A model generated the notes under the pieces. It saw nothing but the letters and a program-made list of their open reading frames with translations, was not told the origin of the DNA and searched no databases. A stretch of DNA of 63,063 bases, filler included, from Basidiobolus ranarum (lineage: Eukaryota): the NCBI GenBank assembly GCA_040143965.1. It is 17 parts of 17 records of this genome, joined end to end, with 100 filler letters (N's around TTAATTAATTAA, not from the genome) between each part and the next. Parts side by side here need not be neighbours in the genome. Positions count along the whole stretch, not along the records: positions 52,047 to 55,654 come from JASJQH010002386.1; positions 55,755 to 59,359 come from JASJQH010002387.1; positions 59,460 to 63,063 come from JASJQH010002388.1; 14 more parts are not named here. One strand, 5' to 3'. Each line of letters opens with the position of its first letter. The stretch's first letter is position 1. Position numbers and translations under genes: made by a program. This document shows positions 52,047 to 63,063 of this stretch, one piece after another.

Positions 52047-52797
52047 GTTAGATTTGTTTTTAATCAATGCTTTTGGTCTCAGGAGTGAAATTTTATGATC
52101 TCACAAAATAGAGAATTGCCGCAGTATTCTTGTCAATCAAACTCTTCATATGCTCAATATCAATCTCCCAAGAACGCTCAGGGTTCAAATTATAATAACG
52201 GCATTCGATCTTTTTAGGACCAGCGAGAGTTTCGTAGACTGAAAATCCAGGGCGCGGCAATAGGATATTCTGCCCCTCGTCTGCTATGGCGGCGATAGTT
52301 AATTCTAGAGCACCAGATGCACCACTTGTGATAATAACGTCGTTGGAAGTAAGAGGGGATGTTTTGGTGGCATACTTGCGAGCTATAGCGTCTCGGGCAA
52401 CCTCCAGGCCTATGTATGACAGAAATTCGATAAGTTCTATATACCTGACCAAAAGTACTTGGAGTAAACCATACCGGTGGAAGGGGCGTAACCATTTGCG
52501 GTATGAGAACGGAACTTTGAGATCACTGCCTCAATGCAGGATTCGTCAATTCTGAAATTCCCAAAGACAGTTGGGTCGCCTAAAAGGAAAATAGGCGAAA
52601 AGGTCATGAAAGGAAGTACACATGTAACACAAAAAAGGTTCCCACATACCAAGAGCAAGGCTTATGACTGCTTTCTGAGGATGAGGGGAAACTTTAAGGT
52701 TATCAACGATACGACGAATTGGGTTAACGGCACGTTGTGAGGCTTTGGAAGCAGCAATATTCCACTCCCCCTTACGTGTACTAGAATTCATTGCCAT
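52047..52797 (-). CDS. TAT: Tyrosine aminotransferase (class I PLP), 3' truncated
   Basis: NPIRRIVD, ISLALG/DPTVFGN, NGYAPST/GLEVARDAIA, DVIITSGASGALE, NILLPRPGFSVY, YNLNPERSWEID. Confidence 0.93.
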
Positions 52798-54519
52798 TTC
52801 TGAGAGATGTCAGGTCGCAAACCTCCAATGGTGGCTACAGACCTATTTATCAAGAAACCCGCCACCATTTGAACTTCTCACTAGGTTGATCAACGCTGGA
52901 AAATATCGCAGACCTGATGATTACGATTATATCAGCCTAGCTATGCCGATGATTAGGATTGATTTCCAGACATTTGTGCTTCAACTGAATATGAAAGATA
53001 CAGCTGTTACAGGCAGTAGCTCGCAAGGATTCAAGAGTGCAGAGCAGATGGGAATTGTTTCACAGGGATCTCACACAAAAGGGCCGATGGAGCAACCTTT
53101 TCTCAACCGTGATGTACTCTAATTGGCCCATGTTTCTCTACACCTCAAATCACTTTGTATTACCATTAACAGAACCTACTTCCCCTGGACAGATATATGT
53201 AAATGTACTGACTCCGAAACATCCCTAAACGGTAAAACGAGTTGACTGCACTCAGCCGAATGCACATCTCAATCGAGCTCAGCTCCCTTTAATTCCAACT
53301 TTAAATGCTGTATAAATCACCTTTTGCAGTCTTAAGGGTTACATCATCGGGATCAGTGGCATGAATGCCATGTTAGATATCAGTGAGCAGATTTGCAGGG
53401 GGCATATGAGCATATGGGGGCAATCTGAGCACCAGTTGATAGATAACTGGAGTACTCGGAATTACATTTGTGTTCCAGAATACACAATTGATGTATCTAC
53501 TACAATTCTAGGGTTGTATATATGCACTCAAGTACTGATATTATCACCATTTGAATGGCAATGTAACGGATCAGATATCATAGAGCTTGCTATAGTTGGC
53601 CCGACTAAGAGTTACCTCTCAATTACCTTACGTAATGTATGACGGAAAGAGAAACTATCTTTGCGTTTGCTTCTAGACCTGAGTTGAGATTATTCATACC
53701 AGCCATAACCACGAGCTATCTGGCTAAGTGAGCTCAGAATTTGGATTCATGTACCTTTCAGAGTATACAGCTAGGTTCATCTCATAAAACTTCTTACCGC
53801 CACAACCACTGAAGCAATAGTAGAAAGAGAGGATATTGGTCCAATGGAAACCATCGGTCATTACGGCACCAACAGAATGTTCGACTTGAGCCACATACCA
53901 TAGCATTAGGTTGACCGTTTCCATCATTCGAATAATTCACCATCCTAATGTGCTTAAGGAAATTATTACTAGACTCGCCAAGTCCACATTTCTCTGACAG
54001 ATATCATAAGCTTAAGGATAGATTCTGGTGGAAATTCAAATCTAAACGAATGAGCCCATCAATATTGCAATTAACCTTGTGTCTTATTTCTCTGATTGAA
54101 ATCATGTAGTTGATTGACCTATTTGTCTGTTTATGCGAAGTTGGGGCTCGATAAGGTGGATGCAACTTTTATTACGCAAGTGATTCCTTAGTGAAAACGT
54201 CAACAAGCACTAAATCCTCAAAATTATACGAGGATATCCATATTTTGTCGCTTCGTATATTCACTTTTATTCAGAGTCTAGGGATGACAGTAACATCTAT
54301 AGCCGAAGCTTACAGGATTGAATTGTACTGTTTGTTTCCATACCAAAATCCAACCATAACAGAATAAAAATATATAAGATAGATCAGTTAAGATCCGGTA
54401 AAATGGAATTTTAGCATGATATATATTCCATATGAAATAGACGATTTAGTTAACAAAAAAAACTCATAAAAACCGACCGTTTCAATTTAAGCAACTTTAA
54501 TTCATATCTTTTTAGCAAC

Positions 54520-55237
54520 ATGGAGGAAGAAGCACGTAAGCGTAAAGAACGTTTGCAAGCGCTCAGAGCAGCGAAACAGAACGGTGACAAGGCAGAGAAT
54601 AACAATAAGTAGGTTATATAAATTATTTTCAAGCCTGATCTGTCTGGTATTTTTTTCCCCAAATATGGACTATGCATACCCTCTTTTCACGCGTTAATCC
54701 CGAAAACCATTTATTCTTTTGATACGAATCAACTTAGGCCTACACTACGGTTTAGAAACTATGAACCTATCAACGATGAATTACAATCTTCAGTTACCCC
54801 TCTGGAACGAGAAAAAATAGAGACTATTGAGAAAGAGGTGGATGGATTAACCGAAGCAGTTTTGGAGGAAGAGCAAAAGAAAATGAAAGAAGATTTGGTA
54901 TTCGAATTATTCGTTAATCTTTCACTCTGTTTTGTGGTTTCTTAGATAGATTATTTAGGACTTGACTAACTTGGCTCCCAAAAAACCAAATTGGGATCTT
55001 AAACGCGATGTAGAGAAACAATTAAATCGTTTAGAGAAGAAGACAAAAGCCAGTATCGCTGAGCTTATCAGTGAGTCTTCTATACTTTTCTCTACTAGTA
55101 ATCCATTTTTGTTCTTACTTTGCTTCACTCTAGGAATGCGGTTACAGGGGGATCAGACTTCCGATTTAGTTGGTGCAGTCAATGCCGTTAATGAGAAGCA
55201 GCAGAATAAGCCAGACTCTGATGATGAAGACATATAA
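54520..55237 (+). CDS. cwf18: Spliceosome-associated protein Cwf18/CCDC12 (4 exons)
   Basis: MEEEARKRKERLQALR, LRFRNYEP, DLTNLAPKKPNWDLKRDVEKQLNRLEKKT. Confidence 0.93.
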
Positions 55238-55542
55238 TCTATTCATGATGGAATATTGAATGGGCATTTCTTCGAGCATCGTGATAGATTCACTTCAAAC
55301 AGTAATAAATCACCTGTGTGTATACCATGGGTCGTAACGCCAGTATTATTCAGGATTACAAATGGAATAGGATTATTTTCTTGAAAATGTGTGTAGAGAG
55401 ACCTTGGTTTTGGGCTAGGGTTTATTATCCATGTGTAGGGTATATTTACAATCAAATAAGTTGGAAATGCTGTCTTGGCTTTAATGTGCTAAATATATCT
55501 ATCTTGAGGCATTCCTTTGCACCTTATTATTTTTCTACTACC

Positions 55543-55653
55543 CTACTGAATTGAGCTTGGTTGGTCCGGTTTTGCTTGTGCGATTGCTGTATCGCTAATC
55601 CGTTTAGAGATGTCGCCGGCCGCGGCCTCGACAGGCACTTGAGTGTTGAGCAC
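55543..55653 (-). CDS. Probable 3' end of an unidentified gene
   Basis: GC-rich open frame VLNTQVPVEAAAGDISKRISDTAIAQAKPDQPSSIQ* running in from the contig edge. Confidence 0.4.
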   Translation of the reverse strand: MLNTQVPVEAAAGDISKRISDTAIAQAKPDQPSSIQ

Positions 55654-55754
55654 ANNNNNNNNNNNNNNNNNNNNNNNNNNNNNNNNNNNNNNNNNNNNTT
55701 AATTAATTAANNNNNNNNNNNNNNNNNNNNNNNNNNNNNNNNNNNNNNNNNNNN

Positions 55755-55983
55755 GTCCAATGAGAGTACCGAAAGCTGTAGCACCTTTGAGTGGACCTTC
55801 GTATTGTTTAGGAATTTTGTTATTGTTGTTACTATAATACACATATCCCATCATTGGTACAGCCAAGTTAATGATAAATATATCGTAGGCATCAGTGAAA
55901 AAGCCAATACCGGCCACGATAATGGCACGGAGATGCCAGCCCGTAAGTTTTGGTTCTTCGAGGGAATGTAGCTCACCAGGCAT
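55755..55983 (-). CDS. PHO84: MFS inorganic phosphate:H+ symporter, N-terminal part
   Basis: WHLRAIIVAGIGFFTDAYDIFIINLAVPMMGYVYY…LKGATAFGTLIG. Confidence 0.92.
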
Positions 55984-56805
55984 CTCTTAAATTTTTCTTG
56001 TAAGCTGTATTCCATACCGAAGGCAGCTATGCTCTCTTTTAAAGCTCTTCAAGTTTGATCGGGGTAGCTCATTTTCTCTCAAGAATACTAGCCAATCATA
56101 TGATGGTTCTTTCCACGTTGGCTTCAAAAAGAGATGTCAGTGGAAGGGGACGCTACTAGAGACAGTACTATGTTCTACATCTAAATTTGAGCGACTGTTA
56201 CCCAAACTACAGGAATTGCTTGTGGACCTAAGATTATCTTATCACCCAATAAATCATCGGTATTTTTGCATGCTCGACAACTGCTGAGAACTACATAACA
56301 TACTGTGTAACTAACAATTGTTAACCAGTCATTTTTGACACGCTTAAAAGTTTCCTTTTGAGACTAATATTAGCAATACGGTAAAATCAAATCAGGTCTT
56401 GAATATTGAGTTTGGAGAGTCATGCTTACAAATTCCCTTTTGAAGTACAATCTCGAAGAAATACGCAACTAGGGTCGCAGCCATCTGGTAACAATCAATC
56501 GAAGTGTTCTAATCGTATAGACTGTTGCGTGGAATTCAATGACTCGTTTGATCATTCTAATTGCATGCGTAAGTGCGCAAAATACTATAATATATAAAAC
56601 TATAGCCTTACAAACTGATTTTACTTAAATTAACTATCATTTAATCACCATCCATATCACTATCCATATCACTATCTGTATTGTTGAACAACCCGAATCT
56701 TGCCATAGAAAGTATTGTATCGATCTCGATCAATATCAAATAGCCTGGAATGCATTTTTATTCGAAATGATCAATAATGAGTGCCAATAATGGGTACCAA
56801 TATAC

Positions 56806-57521
56806 TTATTGGGATTTAACTTTAGCAGAGTAGGATACCATCAGATTCTTGTAGTCAGGAATGTACTTGGCAAAGAGCGAGCCAAGACTACCATCAGCAA
56901 AATTTCTCCAATCGCGGGCCAATTCACACACAGGTGAGAAAAGTTCATTGGTTGAACGCCAGCCTGGACCATTCGAGCTAAAGTAAGATCACGAACCTCT
57001 TGATTGAATGTTCCAGAGGCGTCAAACACTTCGTAACCCTCTTGCACCGCTGAAAGAGCTGGGAATGCTACACAAACATCCGTACCAATTCCTGCCATCA
57101 CTATTTGCTTTCTACTGGTTTCTTTGATGGCTTGAACCACTTCGGCATTATCCCAAGCATTAATTTCTTCTTTACGAGGGACATAAGTAGCATTTTTTTG
57201 AAGACTCTTGGCTTCAGGTAGTAGTAGCCCATTGGGTCCATCTTCGACACTAGAGGTAAGTACAACTGGAATGTCTAGTAATGCCGAAGCCTCAGCTAAT
57301 CCCAGAGCATTAGCCTTGAATTCATCTGATTGCCAGTCGTCAACGAGAGAAAAGAGACCAGCCTGGAGATCAAGAAGTAAAAATACTGTATCGTTGACAT
57401 TCAAACGCTTGTAGAGATCCTTGTTGGCTCCATCTTTTGATACAGACGATCCGAATTTCAGAGGAGAAGCTGCGGCGGAGAAGGCTAGAAGTGCTACTTG
57501 GAATACAGTTAAGAATTTCAT
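56806..57521 (-). pseudogene. ycaC: YcaC-like isochorismatase-family hydrolase with signal peptide; one frameshift
   Basis: YKRL…LLLDLQAGL, LTSSVEDGPNG, PR..EINAWDN, TDVCVAFPALSA, DASGTF. The conserved tail CELARDWRN…IPDYKNLMVSY lies in another frame after the T4 run at 56939-56942. Confidence 0.88.
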
Positions 57522-58199
57522 GGTGGAGATTCTGAGTTTCAATGGAACTATCGGCGGCCATTAAATAGATTTCTTCTCCTGTGCGCTAACAAGACGATTC
57601 CTCTTGGAGAAACCCACAGCTATAGATCAAATCTCTTCTAGGCAGTTTCTCTCGGAGAAATCAAACATTATCAATGTATTCCTCTTGGATTAATCTACTA
57701 CTATAAATAAGTTCTCTTCTAGTACTTAGCATTCCTTGGTGTTGGGACAGCGTTTACCCAAGTGACGGCAACTAGTTAACATTATTCAAGTAAAAATAAA
57801 AGCACATGAATATTGACACACCATATACTTCTGAAGCTTAGTTCCAACTTTCTTACCGAATATTTATTTGTAGAGTATTTCTTGTAAAATATATTTGAAT
57901 TTAAATAAAATTCAAGTAATTCTCATGATTTTATGCTTACAAATTGCCACTAACATAGTAACACCTGGCAAAGTAGCAATAGGCTTAGCTGTAGCTATTA
58001 GAATAGTTTCTCTACATCACTTGAGTCATAGGTCAGATCTCTGACCTTTAGAAAATTTGAGAAAGCCCAATTCTTCCTATATACATGTAAGTTGTATATA
58101 TAGCGTGAGCAGAGTGTGTAAAACCAATACTCTGATGAAGAAGCCTCTTGCCACATGATATCCCTATCTATAAATCAATACCATTTGTCTGCAATTTTT

Positions 58200-58495
58200 T
58201 AAGAGGGGTAGAGCCGGGGACAAAGGGGCCAAATACCCTCCCCATCGAGTATTGGCACCCTTTCGGGGGTGCCCAGGGAGGAATTAAGAAGCGAACGTCC
58301 CCCCAGCTTCGGTTTATTTAGGGGGCCCCGCTCAGGCCCCCTCGCATCGTCGAAGGTCGATCCCTGATTCAGTACTGACCAAGGCGACCGAAAATATTGG
58401 CCCGGTGGCCCCCCGCTACCACCTCAACCACCACCCCCCCGCCTCCACCGTCAAACCGCTAACCAAACAGTGGAATCAGGCAAGGGGGTGGGATT
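58200..58495. other. GC-rich island of clustered hairpins
   Basis: GGCACCCT-TTCG-GGGGTGCC (58254-58273), GGGGGCC-n7-GGCCCCC (58321-58341), GGTCG…CGACC; sharp compositional contrast with the flanks. Confidence 0.7.
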
Positions 58496-59495
58496 TAACA
58501 CAGCTTTTTTATTGAAGTGACTATTTGTGCACATCTGATACATTCAGTAGCTTAACCTGACTGTGCAGTAAAGTTACTCCAACTTTTCTTCAAGTATCTT
58601 ACTTTCCTAGTGATATAAATATTTCCAATGGAGTTCTATTTTGCCATTTTGTCATCAAGAACCCCATTTAAAATAGTTCCAATAATTGCCGATTGAGCGC
58701 TCTATAATTTGTGGAAACTAATCTACTACAAACATTATGCATGATGAAGATACTTACAAGTGATAAAATGCGTTCTTTGATTAGTATAAGATCGAGTTAA
58801 TATAAAGATTATAGCAGTTGAAGCTGGATAATTAGAGTTCGAACATAATTACAAGGCCTCCATCAAAATTTATACCTCTATGCTACCGAGGTGTGACTTT
58901 TTCTCTCTTTATCCACTCTCTATTGGTAAAGAAGGCAAAGTGGGACTACGATTATAAGGGCAATGATAATTGCATATCGGCGTATGGTTGAACCTATTAA
59001 CCTGCTTCCTTCGTAACAAGTCTCAACAACCCATTGTTCACGTGCATATAGGCTTATTTGGCAGTCACCGAAAGAAGTCTAAGAGTTTACTCAGTTGTTG
59101 TAATAGTGATTTGAAGTAGCACAAATCTGATCGTATCGATAACACATATGACACAACTTGTTTGTTGTAACGATGTCTTGAATCTTGTACAAGAAAAGAT
59201 CATGAGTTCACGGTATTCATACTAGACTAGCTTTGTTGATTAATACTCACAACATATTCGGTTTGAACGGGTATACTTATTAGAGGAATCAGCGAACAAG
59301 ACTACTACTATAAGACTGATCAGGGATACTTCATGATACACTATGATACTTAAAATAACNNNNNNNNNNNNNNNNNNNNNNNNNNNNNNNNNNNNNNNNN
59401 NNNTTAATTAATTAANNNNNNNNNNNNNNNNNNNNNNNNNNNNNNNNNNNNNNNNNNNNATATGATTACTAATGAGAATTTCTGGAAAGTTCCAG

Positions 59496-60184
59496 AGAAT
59501 TCTATTGGTGGGGATCTGGGGTTATGATATCATAATCTGGCCCAGTCTACGTACTCGTGGTTTAAATATTACTAACAATGGACACACTCTTCAAGTCAAC
59601 GTTCCGAGTCACACCAACTTAACTATGGTTCGTGATGGTGTTACTTTTCGTTTAGGTCAGTTTCACATCCATACTCCCTCTGAGCATCACATCTATGGCA
59701 AGTATTTCGACATGGAAATTCACTTTGTTATGAATAATGCCCAACTTAACAAGAATCATGTGGTTGGTGTCGTTTTCGAAGCCACCAATAAGAACAACAA
59801 ATTCATATATCAACTTAGTAACAATGTAAGTCTCTCCATTTTTCAAGACAGGTTTCTCTGCTAATAAGATCTTGACAATAGAGAAACGTCCCTACTGTGA
59901 CTGGGCAGTCAGTAGTTGTTGGTAGTTTAGACTTCCAAAGTCTCTTTAAAGAAGTTGGATATGTCAATGAGTATTGGGCATATGAAGGAAGTTTAACTAC
60001 CCCTCCTTGTACGGTAAATACCTCACCCGATTAAACAAATCACCATATCGCTTTGCCATTAATAAGATACTTTACGTAGGAGGGCGTCCGTTGGGCTGTT
60101 GCTAGCAAAGTTGCCCAAATAAGTTGGAGACAGCTTAATGTTTTTCGACAAGTGATCAAATTTAATGCACGTTTTGTCCAATAG
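59496..60184 (+). CDS. Alpha-class carbonic anhydrase, 5' truncated (3 exons seen)
   Basis: NNGHTLQV, QFHIHTPSEH, MEIHFV, YEGSLTTPPCT/EGVRW, NARFVQ*. Confidence 0.95.
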
Positions 60185-60850
60185 ACGTTATCAATTATTT
60201 GCTTCTACAGAGGTATTAATATCTCAAATCGGATACCTTAGTCATATGACTCATTGATGAATAAACATCCCAAATGCTATCATTCATCTGAATGTTCGCT
60301 TCCATTGATATTCTTTGTTCCGTGAGTTTCGGTGAGTTGGGCTACTGTAACTAACCCTGGTGATGATTAGCAAGCCACCAATGAGAACAAAGTCACTTAG
60401 GACTAATCGGGAGAGATCACCTCATAGTTGGATGCCACCTAAGGATATGGCTATCACATAGAAAAATAGGAATACAATGGATAGCTATAGTTTGGTAATC
60501 CTATACTACTTAGGTTGTAGAAGATTTCGTAGAAACAGTAAGCCACATCCAAATTTCCATTTCAAACCAACCAAATGTATCTACCAGTGATGTGTTTTAA
60601 CGTTAACCTGTTTTGAAACATGTAGTTTAGCTTAACAACTGATCATGTGGTTTTCTTGAAAGTGATTCATACTCAGTTGCTGTCTTAATGGAAGTCCGTT
60701 CAACATAAGTATGAGATTTCTGCGGATCAGAAAAGAAAACAAAGTCCGGAGCGCAATCCAGGAGACAATGTGTGACTAATGCAAAAGAAAGTAACCTGAC
60801 CTAGTGATAAACTTGACTATAAAAGACTTGCTCTATTTGAGATTAACAAG

Positions 60851-61200
60851 TTTTAAAGTATTTTGGTGTTTGTTGAAAGTGGCTTGGAGAACTAGAAAGA
60901 ATTGATGGTTTTCACTTATTAATTTATTGCGTAGAAAATTGACATTTATAGTTTTATCAGGAGATAAGCAAGAAAATGTCCAGAATGTGTTAAGGAAGGT
61001 TCCATGAACATGTGTGCAAAGTTTGGGGCTTCTAGGACAAGCTTGACAAATCTACATATCTGAGAGCTTCTTAGTTGGCAAAAATATTCCAAGTAAATTC
61101 CGATTGAGAATAGTGAGGTGATATCTTAGTGAAATATTGAATAACTGAATACTAAGCTATATATGACTATATAGGTGTTGAGGCTATGTTAGTATCAACA
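60851..61200 (-). mobile_element. Solo LTR (family A), diverged
   Basis: Colinear with 38850-39177; ends TCAACA; no clear TSD. Confidence 0.88.
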
Positions 61201-63063
61201 AGTAAATCAAATCAGTAGCATACTCTCTGGAACTCTCTACAGATTTTCAATGTTTTCCATATATCCTTCCTAAAGTCTTGCTACAGAAAAGCCATCCCTA
61301 ACTGAGCCCCTGAGGCATTCGGAGCAATTGAAATTGAGGAACATACTGAATATAGAGATAGCAGAATCCCAGACTCCAGAATCTATCTACGTAAGCTGCT
61401 GGACTTTGTACGTTGGATAGGTTATTTGCTGATCACAACCTCATGGCTTTGTTTGGTGCTTACACTACATACTACATATTCTGTATTTCATGACAATAAT
61501 AAGCAATCTCAAATATTTCTCCTAAGCTCCTAACTCAAGAATTGCATTGCCACAATCATGATTTTCTTACCCTTTGCCTAGATGAACCCAGCATGCCACA
61601 ACATTGGATATATGTACCGTACATGTAATGCACGTGGATTGTAGCAAATCTTGCAATGACTACTAAGTCTTGTATATGGTCACTCGGGCCTAATGGCTGG
61701 ATATCTTTACAAACATAAGGGTAATCTGTTGACCTATTAAAACCAGACTCAAAAATATGTTTGTGATTCCTTTTACTTAGAAGTACAAACTGAAGAAATG
61801 TTTCAGCAATACATAGGTTGCAAGATTCCATTGTCAAGGTAGACATTTTTATGCTAACTTGAGATACTCTTTAAATGTAACCTTTTATTTCAAGCATTTT
61901 TATTTGCTTTCACTGGATACCTGAAAGAGTACTTGGTTAGATCAAGCATCTGGACTTCCCGAAGGTGTAAAGGATAGCATTAAATGGGATTTGCGACATG
62001 TAAGGAAGCAACACTTTTCTGTTCAAATCCAATATTGTACCAACTTTGTAGTTCACATATATTAAAAACTCATAACTATTGTTCCAGAGGTATAATTAAA
62101 GATGTAGAATCATTTTACTTATACTATTTATCCCAATAGCAAAGCAACTCTAGGAACTTCTCTTTAAAAGAACATCCAAAATTTGGAAGACCTAGAAAAC
62201 ACAAATTATGCGATTAGAAAATGCAAGAAGTAATGCAGTGGAAGCTTTTTTAATCCTACATGTCCTAATATTCTAAGTCTGGAATAAGGTTGAGGCTAAG
62301 TGTAGTTGAAATAGCCATTAACTATCGGTGAATGTACAGTTCTGAAGATAGGGACTCCTTTCTGAAGCGCATCATAACTATTGTAGCATCTCTTTGATAC
62401 ATCTTAAACCTGAAATAAGCCCTGCTGTATTTTCATTCGCGCAGCTACGTGCCTCAAATAACGAACATCAGCCAATTTGGCCATAACCATCGAAAATGAC
62501 AGATATTGATTCGCATTACTGTAGATCAGCCTCGCAGTCGGAAAACCCCTAATCCTAGGATCCACCTTTCCACCAATAGTTACTATTAACACCATACGGC
62601 TAAACTTATTAAGCCAATATTTTAAATACTGCATGTCTTGAATGGCCTCCAACTCAGTAGGCTGGTCTGTAGTTGCAGGATTAAATATAAATATACACTG
62701 GCATGAAACCACCATATCTATGGTGAATATTATTGGATCTGCAGCGCTTCTACCATTCCAAATCTGCACACCCTGACACTAGATTTTACAACGGATTTTT
62801 ACTTCGAATGTTTAGTTACAAGCCGTGTGATTATTACGTAGAGATATACTGAATATGTACTTAAAGAGAGTGCTTACAAATATTTAAATTATATCCTAAA
62901 GACATAAATACACATATATGTACGGTATGTATATTCGCTGATACAATGAAAGAAACCTAATTCGATTACAACTCGGCAAGCTGATTTTGTGTTACAGCCC
63001 TTTGGATCGCATTATCGCTCGATTTCTGTTCCAGTGGCATGAATATGATTTTAGTGCCACTAC

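Noticed and set aside
56114-56119. CACGTT as a Pho4 site upstream of PHO84
   Set aside because: A single hexamer is expected by chance, and there is no evidence that yeast-type Pho4 regulation applies here.
58132-58160. Hammerhead ribozyme core CTGATGA
   Set aside because: No stem II or GAAA follows it.
61556-62769. Decayed MULE/SWIM-type transposase
   Set aside because: Only a vague C…KHIF resemblance; no DDE motif or TIRs found.
1-63063. Gene clustering across the window (e.g. VMA16 with VMA6, chitinase with expansin-like genes)
   Set aside because: These genes are on different contigs that are adjacent only because of length sorting.

Overview
This is not contiguous DNA. It is 17 unrelated short contigs (3625 down to 3604 bp, sorted by decreasing length) joined by an artificial 100-bp linker (N44-TTAATTAATTAA-N44). 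The content is eukaryotic and intron-rich, most consistent with an early-diverging fungus (Zoopagomycota/Mucoromycota-like; inferred). Recognisable genes, many cut by contig ends: an 11-exon GH18 chitinase with two CBM5/12 modules, DPBB/expansin-like secreted proteins, V-ATPase VMA16 and VMA6, a divergent histone H3, a branched-chain aminotransferase, tyrosine aminotransferase, cwf18/CCDC12, a PHO84-like transporter, a frameshifted YcaC-like hydrolase and an alpha-carbonic anhydrase. Much of the rest is decayed, CpG-depleted Ty1/copia sequence and solo LTRs. Four observations stand out: (1) a ~290-bp TIR-bounded mini-element holding only the 3' end of a Fanzor/TnpB-like nuclease; (2) a decayed, compact RNA-polymerase beta'-like fragment resembling cytoplasmic linear-plasmid (VLE) polymerases; (3) a pair of M15-like zinc peptidase genes, one fused to a GH25-like lysozyme start; (4) a tRNA-like sequence just inside an LTR-like terminus. 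All family assignments come from motif recognition by eye; no searches were run.
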